In this document: piece after piece, positions 16,231 through 23,268 of the stretch | Layout of the letters: each line of letters opens with the position of its first letter | Numbering within the stretch: position 1 is the stretch's first letter | Made by a program: the position numbers and the translations under genes | Assembly (NCBI GenBank): GCA_964413905.1 | Contig: CAYPUG010000002.1 | Coordinates: 1-61,693, forward strand | Direction of reading: 5' to 3' | Length of the DNA: 61,693 nucleotides | DNA from: an uncultured Anaerolineae bacterium | GTDB taxonomy: Bacteria; Chloroflexota; Anaerolineae; JAADDB01 | The notes under the pieces: generated by a model | Told to the model about the DNA's origin: nothing | The model's database searches: none | The model's input: the letters and a program-made list of their open reading frames with translations, nothing else

Positions 16231-17937
16231 CTAGAACAAGCCTACAATGCGGCCATCCTCGTCGATGTCCACGTTCTCGGCCGCGGGATGAGTGGGTAAG
16301 CCGGGCATAGTGCGGATTTCGCCTGCAAGCGGGTAAATAAAGCCTGCGCCCACGGCCGCGCGCACATCCACCACCGGGAAGGTGAAGCCCGTTGGTGCTC
16401 CCTTTAGTTTGGGATCGTGGCTCAGACTCAAATGGGTCTTCGCAATACAAATAGGCAAGTTGCCGAAGCCCGACTCCTCATAACGCTTAATCTGACGTTC
16501 GGCCTTGGGTTCGTATTTCACATCCGCGGCTCCGTAAATCTCCTTCGCGATGGTTTCGATTTTCTTCTTGATAGGCCAATCCAGTTCGTAAAGGAAGTGG
16601 AATTCGTTGGGCTGTTCTGCGGCCGCGGCCACGGCTTCGGCCAGGGCCACCGCGCCTTTGCCTCCTTCGGCCCAGTGGGTGGCCACAACAGCATCGAACG
16701 CACCCGCGTCGCGTGCGATACGCTTAATGGCTTCGTACTCGGCCTGGGTGTCCGTGGGGAAAGAGTTAATGGCCACGACCACGGGGACACCATGCTTACG
16801 CACATTTTCAATTTGCTTGATCATGTTGGCCGCGCCCACTTCGACATCTTCCACGTTCTCTTCCAGCAATTCAGGCGGCAGCGGCTTGCCCGGCACGATC
16901 TTGTATTTGCCCGTGTGCGCCTTGAGGGCCCGCACGGTGACCACCAAAACCGCGGCGTCGGGCTTCAGGCCACTGTATCGACATTTAATGTTGAAGAACT
17001 TCTCCGCGCCGATATCTGCGCCAAAGCCGGCTTCGGTGATGAGGTAATCCGCGGTGCGGATACCGATAAGGTCGGCCAGCACCGAGGAGTTTCCATGGGC
17101 AATATTGGCAAAAGGTCCCGCGTGGACAAGGGCGGGGGTATTCTCCAGCGTTTGGAGGAGATTAGGCTTGATCGCTTCCATCATCAACACGGTCATAGCC
17201 CCCGCAGCCTTAATGTCCTCCGCGGTGAGGGGCTTACGCTCCGACCGTTTCCCCTTGGTGTACCCCCAAACAATGCGGCCCAGCCGCTGACGTAAATCTT
17301 TGAGGCTTGTGGTCAAGGCGAGAATGGCCATGACTTCGGAGGCAACCGCGATATCAAAGCCTGTCTCCCGAGGCACACCATCGGACTTGCCCCCCAAGCC
17401 GATAACGATGTTCCGCAAGGCCCGATCGCTGATGTCGACCACACGGCGCCAAGTGATGCTGTACGGATCGATGTTCAGCGTATTGCCGTGATGCAAGTTG
17501 TTGTCGATCATGGCGGCCAGGAGGTTGTTGGCCGCGGCCACCGCGTGAATGTCCCCTGTCAGATGCAGGTTAAACTGCTCCATCGGAACGACCTGACTAT
17601 AGCCTCCACCGGCCGCTCCTCCTTTGATGCCAAAGGTCGGCCCCATGCTGGGCTGCCGGATGGCAATGACCGAACGCTTGCCCAGATGTTTGAACGCCTG
17701 CCCCAAACCAACGGTGGTCGTCGTTTTTCCCTCCCCCAAGGGAGTTGGGGTAATGGCGGTGACCAGGATGTATTTCCCTTTAGGTCGATCCTTGAGTTTG
17801 TCCAAAACATCCAAGTGAATTTTGGCAATATACCGCCCGTAGAGATCGAGATCGTCCGGAGCCAGCCCCATAAGATCGGCAATCTCTTCGATGGGGCGCA
17901 ACTCAGCGGATTGGGCTATTTCCAGGTCTGTAGGCAT
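16231..17937 (-). CDS. fhs: Formate--tetrahydrofolate ligase
   Basis: PLGEGKTTTTVGL P-loop, family length; start moved to MPTDLEIAQ (ATG at 17937) behind AAGGAG. Confidence 0.95.
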   Translation of the reverse strand: MPTDLEIAQSAELRPIEEIADLMGLAPDDLDLYGRYIAKIHLDVLDKLKDRPKGKYILVTAITPTPLGEGKTTTTVGLGQAFKHLGKRSVIAIRQPSMGPTFGIKGGAAGGGYSQVVPMEQFNLHLTGDIHAVAAANNLLAAMIDNNLHHGNTLNIDPYSITWRRVVDISDRALRNIVIGLGGKSDGVPRETGFDIAVASEVMAILALTTSLKDLRQRLGRIVWGYTKGKRSERKPLTAEDIKAAGAMTVLMMEAIKPNLLQTLENTPALVHAGPFANIAHGNSSVLADLIGIRTADYLITEAGFGADIGAEKFFNIKCRYSGLKPDAAVLVVTVRALKAHTGKYKIVPGKPLPPELLEENVEDVEVGAANMIKQIENVRKHGVPVVVAINSFPTDTQAEYEAIKRIARDAGAFDAVVATHWAEGGKGAVALAEAVAAAAEQPNEFHFLYELDWPIKKKIETIAKEIYGAADVKYEPKAERQIKRYEESGFGNLPICIAKTHLSLSHDPKLKGAPTGFTFPVVDVRAAVGAGFIYPLAGEIRTMPGLPTHPAAENVDIDEDGRIVGLF

Positions 17938-18011
17938 GGTTATCGCTCCTTTGCGAGAATGATCGTAGGACCCAATAGGCCGGGCCAAAACACCTGACAA
18001 CCGATAGATGC

Positions 18012-18040
18012 ATTGTACTGTAAGTTAAGAGCTGGAGCAA
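18012..18040 (-). promoter_or_regulatory. Sigma70-like promoter TTGCTC-17-TACAAT for fhs
   Basis: On the minus strand, -35 at 18040-18035, 17-nt spacer, -10 at 18017-18012. Confidence 0.55.
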
Positions 18041-18073
18041 AGTAAAAAGGACGCCGCTGGTGCTTTTCAACCC

Positions 18074-18114
18074 GGGCAACGGGTAGGGACTCGAGGCGAG
18101 CCAAAGAGAGAGAT
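18074..18114 (+). repeat. Repeat family A, degenerate half copy A5
   Basis: GGGCAACGGGTAGGGACTCGAGGCGAGCCAAAGAGAGAGAT parallels GGGCAACTGGGTAGACGAGGGCA...GAAAGAGAGGGT at 51057-51111. Confidence 0.45.
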
Positions 18115-18143
18115 TTGACACTTCCAAGGGGAGATCATATAAT
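18115..18143 (+). promoter_or_regulatory. Perfect-consensus sigma70 promoter TTGACA-17-TATAAT for the sugar ABC operon
   Basis: TTGACA at 18115-18120, 17-nt spacer, TATAAT at 18138-18143; 92 nt upstream of the ATG at 18235. Confidence 0.75.
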
Positions 18144-18164
18144 GACAAATGCAGATTTGTCATT
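18141..18164. promoter_or_regulatory. Candidate operator: palindrome AATGACAAAT-GCAG-ATTTGTCATT
   Basis: Perfect 10-bp arms with a 4-bp centre, overlapping the -10 hexamer and the expected transcription start. Confidence 0.6.
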
Positions 18165-18234
18165 ACAAATTAGCAGCACCACATGCATCCCCAACCATCC
18201 TACCACTCAGCTCAAAGAGGAGAGGAGGTCAACA

Positions 18235-19746
18235 ATGAAACGTGTAATCCTCGTCTTATTAGCAACCCTTTTAGTCCTCACCGTGGTTGCCGCGTGTGCT
18301 AAGGCCACACCGGAAAAGGTGGTCGAAACGGTTGTCGTCACTAAGGAGGTGGAGAAGGTCGTCACGCGAGAGGTCCAGAAGATCGTCACAAAGGAAGTCG
18401 AGAAGGTGGTCACCAAGGAAGTGGAGAAAGTTGTCACGCAGCCCGGTGAAACCATCACCTTCTGGAGCACCGAAAACCAGCCGGCTCGAGCCAAGAAGAC
18501 CCAGATGATCATCGACAAGTTCACCGAAAAAACGGGCATCAATGTCGAGCTCGTTTTAGTGGATGAGAACAACATCGACAGTTTGATGGCCGCCAATCAG
18601 GCTGCGGGTACCATGCCTGATGTAGTCTTCTTCCCGCTAGACTTTGCGGCCGCCTGGTACGCACAAGGCGTGTTGGACGCGGACGCAGCTACCGCGGTAG
18701 TAAACGATCTGGATCCCAAGACATTCTCCGAGGGCGCGCTGAACATGGTGAAGACGGAAGATGGGAAATTCATGGCCGTGCCCTCCGACGGTTGGGGCCA
18801 GTTGCTCATTTACCGCAAGGACTGGTTTGATGATCTCGGGCTAGATGCTCCGACGACCTTTGACAAAATCTTGAAGGCAGCGAAGGTTATTCAGGAAAAG
18901 AAGGGCGTCACGGGCATTATGGCCGGTACGGACCCGGGACAGGTCTTCACTCAGCAGTGTTTCGAGCACTTTGCGTTGGCCAACGGTGCCCAAGTGGTGG
19001 ATGCCAAAGGCAACATCACCGTGGACACGCCGGAGATGCTGGAAGCGTTCAAGTTCTACACCGATCTGATGAAGAATTACGGCCCTGCGGACACGGCCAC
19101 ATATTGGCTCCAAGCCCGCGCCGCGTACTTTGCCGGCGAAGCCGGCATGGTCGTTTGGTCGCCATTCATCCTGGATGAAATGGCAGGTCTGCGTGATTCG
19201 GTCATGCCCAACTGTCCCGAGTGCAAGGAAGATCCGGCTTACTTGGCCAAAAACAGCGGCGTGGTCCCCGCGTTCTCCGGCCCGGCCGACGGCCCGGCAC
19301 AGTACGGGCAAGTCAGTTACATGGGCATTACCACCAATGCGAAGACCCAAGCCGCCCAAGAATTCGTCAAATTCTGGCTGAACGAAGGCTATCTGGACTG
19401 GCTGGGGGTGGCCCCGGAGGGCAAATTCCCCATGCGCCGTGGGACACCAGATGATCCGGAGAAATTCATCAAGGGCTGGGGGCAATTGGAAGCCGGCGTC
19501 GATCGCAAAGCGCCGTTGAACAAATTCTACAGTGAGGAAGTTCTGAACACTATCATCCAAGGGGCAAACAACTTCGACCGCTGGGGCTTCCCCTATGGTC
19601 AGGGCGAGTTAATGGGCGCGATTTACTCTGAGCTGCCCTTCCCACAGGCAATTGCCGACGTTATCGAAGGGAATATGACGGCCGAAGAAGCCATCAAGGA
19701 CCTACAATCTACTATCGAAGATATCAAGGCCGGCTTGGAGAAATAA
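18235..19746 (+). CDS. Sugar ABC transporter solute-binding lipoprotein (SBP family 1)
   Basis: Signal peptide plus lipobox LTVVAAC, V/T/E/K repeat linker, MalE-like body; GGAGAGGAGG RBS before the ATG at 18235. Confidence 0.9.
   Translation: MKRVILVLLATLLVLTVVAACAKATPEKVVETVVVTKEVEKVVTREVQKIVTKEVEKVVTKEVEKVVTQPGETITFWSTENQPARAKKTQMIIDKFTEKTGINVELVLVDENNIDSLMAANQAAGTMPDVVFFPLDFAAAWYAQGVLDADAATAVVNDLDPKTFSEGALNMVKTEDGKFMAVPSDGWGQLLIYRKDWFDDLGLDAPTTFDKILKAAKVIQEKKGVTGIMAGTDPGQVFTQQCFEHFALANGAQVVDAKGNITVDTPEMLEAFKFYTDLMKNYGPADTATYWLQARAAYFAGEAGMVVWSPFILDEMAGLRDSVMPNCPECKEDPAYLAKNSGVVPAFSGPADGPAQYGQVSYMGITTNAKTQAAQEFVKFWLNEGYLDWLGVAPEGKFPMRRGTPDDPEKFIKGWGQLEAGVDRKAPLNKFYSEEVLNTIIQGANNFDRWGFPYGQGELMGAIYSELPFPQAIADVIEGNMTAEEAIKDLQSTIEDIKAGLEK
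18337..18441 (+). repeat. In-frame 24-nt tandem repeat (about 4.4 units) encoding VTKEVEKV-type units
   Basis: Units at 18337, 18361, 18385, 18409 and a partial one at 18433: GTCACNAAGGARGTSGAGAAGGTN. Confidence 0.9.
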
Positions 19747-19757
19747 AAGGACACCGT

Positions 19758-19790
19758 ATGCAGGGGGTTCCCTCGGAGAGCCCCCTGCAT
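19758..19790 (+). terminator. Intra-operon hairpin (attenuator/partial terminator) after the binding-protein gene
   Basis: ATGCAGGGGG / CCCCCTGCAT 10-bp stem, 13-nt loop, followed by TAAAATACCTTTT. Confidence 0.55.
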
Positions 19791-19841
19791 TAAAATACCT
19801 TTTAGGCCTGATCCGTACCTTGACACAAGAGGAGCCGATGG

Positions 19842-20801
19842 ATGATCAAGCACCTCAGTTTGTCAAAACGTTCTTCTTTAAAGGCTCAGGAAGCCCGTAT
19901 GGCCTATCTGTTAGTGGCACCCACGGTTGTCATCGTGCTACTCATTGTCATCTTCCCCATGATTTGGAACATCATTCTCAGCTTGGAGCCTATCCGATTG
20001 GCGAATTTGCCCTCGGTGAATCTTCTTGATGTGCATCACTTCACCTTGCGCAATTACCATCGCGCTTTAACTGCACGTGGGGGCTACTTCTGGAAAGTCT
20101 TACGTGTGACCTTTGAGTACACCATCGGGAGCACCATACTGGCCTTGCTGATGGGATTATGGGCAGCACTGATCGTGCGGGATGCGTTTCCCGGTCGCAA
20201 CATAGTGCGCGGGTTTCTTCTCTTCCCCTACATTGCCCCGGTGGTCTCGGTAGCGTTTATCTGGAAACTGATGTTAGACAAAAATATCGGCGTGATCACG
20301 CTCCTACTGGAGAAAATCGGTGTCCCACCCATCAGTTACTTAACGACTCGTTCGTATCCCATTCACTTGTTTGGAATAGAAATCGGTTTTCCGTTGGCTT
20401 TGGCAACGGTTATCCTGTTTGAGGCGTGGCGCTACTTTCCATTTGCCTTTCTCTTCTTTCTGGCCCGTCTGCAAGCCGTTCCTGAAGATCTATACGAGGC
20501 CGCGGCTGTAGATGGGGCCAGCCCACTTCAACGCTTTTGGTATATCACATTGCCCCAGTTGTACGCGGTAGCCGGCACCTTGTTCCTCTTGCGCTTCATC
20601 TGGACGTTCAACAAATTTGACGACATCTTCCTCCTAAACGGCGGTGCTGCAGGCACAGAAGTGTTGGCCGTGCAGATTTACAATTGGCTTTTTGCTCGTC
20701 GTAATGTGGGTGTATCGTCGGCAGTGGCTGTGATTATGGCCCTTATCTTGGGTGTTGTTGTGTTCGTCTACTTGCGCTGGTTTGTGCAAGAGGAGGAATA
20801 A
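19842..20801 (+). CDS. Sugar ABC transporter permease (MalF-like)
   Basis: Six hydrophobic segments, EAA loop YEAAAVDGASPLQRFWYITLP. Confidence 0.9.
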   Translation: MIKHLSLSKRSSLKAQEARMAYLLVAPTVVIVLLIVIFPMIWNIILSLEPIRLANLPSVNLLDVHHFTLRNYHRALTARGGYFWKVLRVTFEYTIGSTILALLMGLWAALIVRDAFPGRNIVRGFLLFPYIAPVVSVAFIWKLMLDKNIGVITLLLEKIGVPPISYLTTRSYPIHLFGIEIGFPLALATVILFEAWRYFPFAFLFFLARLQAVPEDLYEAAAVDGASPLQRFWYITLPQLYAVAGTLFLLRFIWTFNKFDDIFLLNGGAAGTEVLAVQIYNWLFARRNVGVSSAVAVIMALILGVVVFVYLRWFVQEEE

Positions 20802-20804
20802 CGC

Positions 20805-21737
20805 ATGTGGTCTCGAGAGATCATTGAATGGAAACTTTGGAAGTTCTTCCGTGGGTTGAGCATCATTTTCTTCATTCTCATCACCGCCTTTCCTTTTTAT
20901 TGGATGCTCAACCTCTCCTTCCGACCCTTTGGCGATGTGCTTGTGCACCCTCTACGTTGGGTCCCCCGGCTTCAAGATGTCCGCACTGCCCTGGCACCCA
21001 TCGGATGCATTTGGCATCCCGCGCCTCAATGTGAAGCCGCGATCCGCAATAGCAGTTATGTGGCCGTTCTTGTAGAGTACGGATTTCTTCGCTACATTCG
21101 TAACAGCGCTATTGTATCCCTCCTCACCGTCACCCTTACGCTCCTCTTCGCGATTCCCGGGGCCTACGCAGTGACCCGTTTGGATTTTCGTGGTCGTAAC
21201 GTATTGAGTTGGGGTATCTTGTTGATTTATATGTTCCCGGCCATTGTGTTGGGCATTCCCCTATTTGTGTTCTTCGTACGCATCCAGCACGCGTTGGGTA
21301 TTCGGTTAAGAGGCAATCTCTATGCCGTGACAGTCATTTATCTGGCCAGCACCCTTCCCGTCGCCTTGTACATGTTACGGAGTTACTTCCCCACGATACC
21401 TAGAGATCTAGAGGAAGCGGCCCTGATCGACGGCTGCAACCGCCTCGAAGTGATATGGCGAATTACTATTCCTTTAGCCGTTCCCGCGATTGCCACCGTT
21501 GCCCTCTACACATTTATGATCGCCTGGAATGAATTTCTGTACGCACTGCTCTTCCTCGTAGAACACCAACCCGCGTGGACCCTTCCGCTGGGCCTTCAAC
21601 AGTTGGATAGCCAGGAAGTGCCACGCACCTTTCTAATGGCCGGTTCGGTCATTATTACCATACCGATTATTGTGATATTCTTCTTCTTTGAACGGTTCCT
21701 CACCCGAGGGTTAACCGCCGGCGCTGTCAAAGGGTAA
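20805..21737 (+). CDS. Sugar ABC transporter permease (MalG-like)
   Basis: EAA loop EEAALIDGCNRLEVIWRITIP; extended first external loop containing two Cys. Confidence 0.9.
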   Translation: MWSREIIEWKLWKFFRGLSIIFFILITAFPFYWMLNLSFRPFGDVLVHPLRWVPRLQDVRTALAPIGCIWHPAPQCEAAIRNSSYVAVLVEYGFLRYIRNSAIVSLLTVTLTLLFAIPGAYAVTRLDFRGRNVLSWGILLIYMFPAIVLGIPLFVFFVRIQHALGIRLRGNLYAVTVIYLASTLPVALYMLRSYFPTIPRDLEEAALIDGCNRLEVIWRITIPLAVPAIATVALYTFMIAWNEFLYALLFLVEHQPAWTLPLGLQQLDSQEVPRTFLMAGSVIITIPIIVIFFFFERFLTRGLTAGAVKG

Positions 21738-21760
21738 CGGAGGAGCGGTTTCGGAAACAG

Positions 21761-23257
21761 ATGCACAATCGAGAAAAGGTACAGGCTCAATTTACACCGA
21801 TTAAGGGCTTCATCGACCGTCAAGCCGATGTGCCTCTCCACATGCAACTGAAAACGCTGATCCGCCGAGCCATTGAGGAGGGTCACCTTCGGCCCGGCGA
21901 TCGACTGCCCACAGAACATCAGTTGTGTCAACAGTTTGGACTCAGTCGAACGCCCGTACGACAAGCGCTTTCAGAACTCACACGCGAAGGCCTTCTTGTC
22001 CGTATCCCCGGTCGAGGAACATTTGTCGCCGATCACCTAGACAAAGCGATTACCCTTCGGGTGGTCACAGAAACCGGGTGGGCACAGCATCTACTTCAAA
22101 CCGAGTACCTCTGGAACCAAGAACATCCCACCCTTCCCCTTCGCTTGGCCATTGAAGAAATTCCATACCCTCACTTACGGGACCACTTAACCGACATGGT
22201 GGCCGCGGGCACAGCGCCCGACATAGCCCTGTTAGACTCTGTGTGGGTCCCTGAATTTGCGGCTCGAGGATATATCCTTCCCTTGGAAGACATACAGCCG
22301 GGGTGGGAAAAAGAATATGTCCCCCAACTCCTGCCCATGGCCGTGGCAGCCAACCGATATCACGAACGGTTAGTCGCCCTCCCCGCTAACGTCGATGTCA
22401 CAGTCATCTGGTATTGGCGGGATTGGCTGGCCGCTGAAGGGCTCGCCCTGCCCACCACCTGGGACGATATCGTCGCCATTGGGCACCACTTCCAAAAGGT
22501 ACACGTACGAGCCCGTTACGGCCCCGATGTATACGGACTCCTTTTCGTAGGAGGACGCCGTGGCGGCGAAACGACCACGTACCAATTACTCCCCTTCCTT
22601 TGGGCGGCAGGTGGCGATCTCATCGCAGGAGGACACGTCGTTATTAACAGCGAAGCCACTATTCGCTTCCTCACTTTTTTGCGGGACCTTATTACTCGCC
22701 ATCGGATCACCCCTCCCGCAGTGACCGACTTCAAGTGGAACCAAGCCGCTCTTCTCTTCGCCCGGCGACGTACTGTGATGACCGTGGGGGGGTTGTACGA
22801 AATCGGCTTTATCCGCAAAACCCAACCTTGGAACGAAGAGGAATTTCTAGAACATGTGGGCATTGCCCCACTCCCTAAGGGCCCCGGCGGTCAATACGCA
22901 ACCTTAGGAGGAATGTCATACGCCATTTTCCGTCAATCTCACCGGCCTCAAATGGCCTTGCGTTTTTTGGAATACACTGCACGGCCGGAGATCATCCGGC
23001 ATTTCTGGCGAATAACACAACGACACGTGGCATGGCAACATATCGCCCCCTCACCGGAGGAAGCGCCTCTTCTGGCTGCTTCAATGCCCCTCTTGGCCTA
23101 TGGGCATCCCCGACCGGTATTGCCCGAGTACACCCGCATTTCGGAACAATTTCGGTGGCTGGTGGAAGAAACCTTGCGCGGCCATGGGGACCCGGCTACC
23201 CTCGTGGCTCGGGCCGCGGACCGGATAGCGGCTATTACGTGCTTTCCCCTCTCCTAA
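21761..23257 (+). CDS. GntR-family winged-helix regulator fused to a cytoplasmic MalE-like (SBP family 1) domain
   Basis: The N-terminus LPTEHQLCQQFGLSRTPVRQALSELTREGLLVRIPGRGTFV is a GntR HTH. The remainder (DIALLDSVWVPEFAARGYILPLED, TTYQLLPFLWAAGGDL) is SBP-like with no signal peptide. Confidence 0.8.
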   Translation: MHNREKVQAQFTPIKGFIDRQADVPLHMQLKTLIRRAIEEGHLRPGDRLPTEHQLCQQFGLSRTPVRQALSELTREGLLVRIPGRGTFVADHLDKAITLRVVTETGWAQHLLQTEYLWNQEHPTLPLRLAIEEIPYPHLRDHLTDMVAAGTAPDIALLDSVWVPEFAARGYILPLEDIQPGWEKEYVPQLLPMAVAANRYHERLVALPANVDVTVIWYWRDWLAAEGLALPTTWDDIVAIGHHFQKVHVRARYGPDVYGLLFVGGRRGGETTTYQLLPFLWAAGGDLIAGGHVVINSEATIRFLTFLRDLITRHRITPPAVTDFKWNQAALLFARRRTVMTVGGLYEIGFIRKTQPWNEEEFLEHVGIAPLPKGPGGQYATLGGMSYAIFRQSHRPQMALRFLEYTARPEIIRHFWRITQRHVAWQHIAPSPEEAPLLAASMPLLAYGHPRPVLPEYTRISEQFRWLVEETLRGHGDPATLVARAADRIAAITCFPLS

Positions 23258-23268
23258 ATCACAAACAC

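Noticed and set aside
16417-17295. 292-aa plus-strand ORF
   Set aside because: It is antisense to fhs, which is unambiguous.
17938-18011. Possible ZTP (pfl) or THF riboswitch in the fhs leader
   Set aside because: fhs is a known target of such riboswitches. However, the ~70-nt leader lacks the conserved cores I remember (GGGUCGUGAC...CCGCCUGGGC for ZTP; the THF aptamer junction) and is too short.
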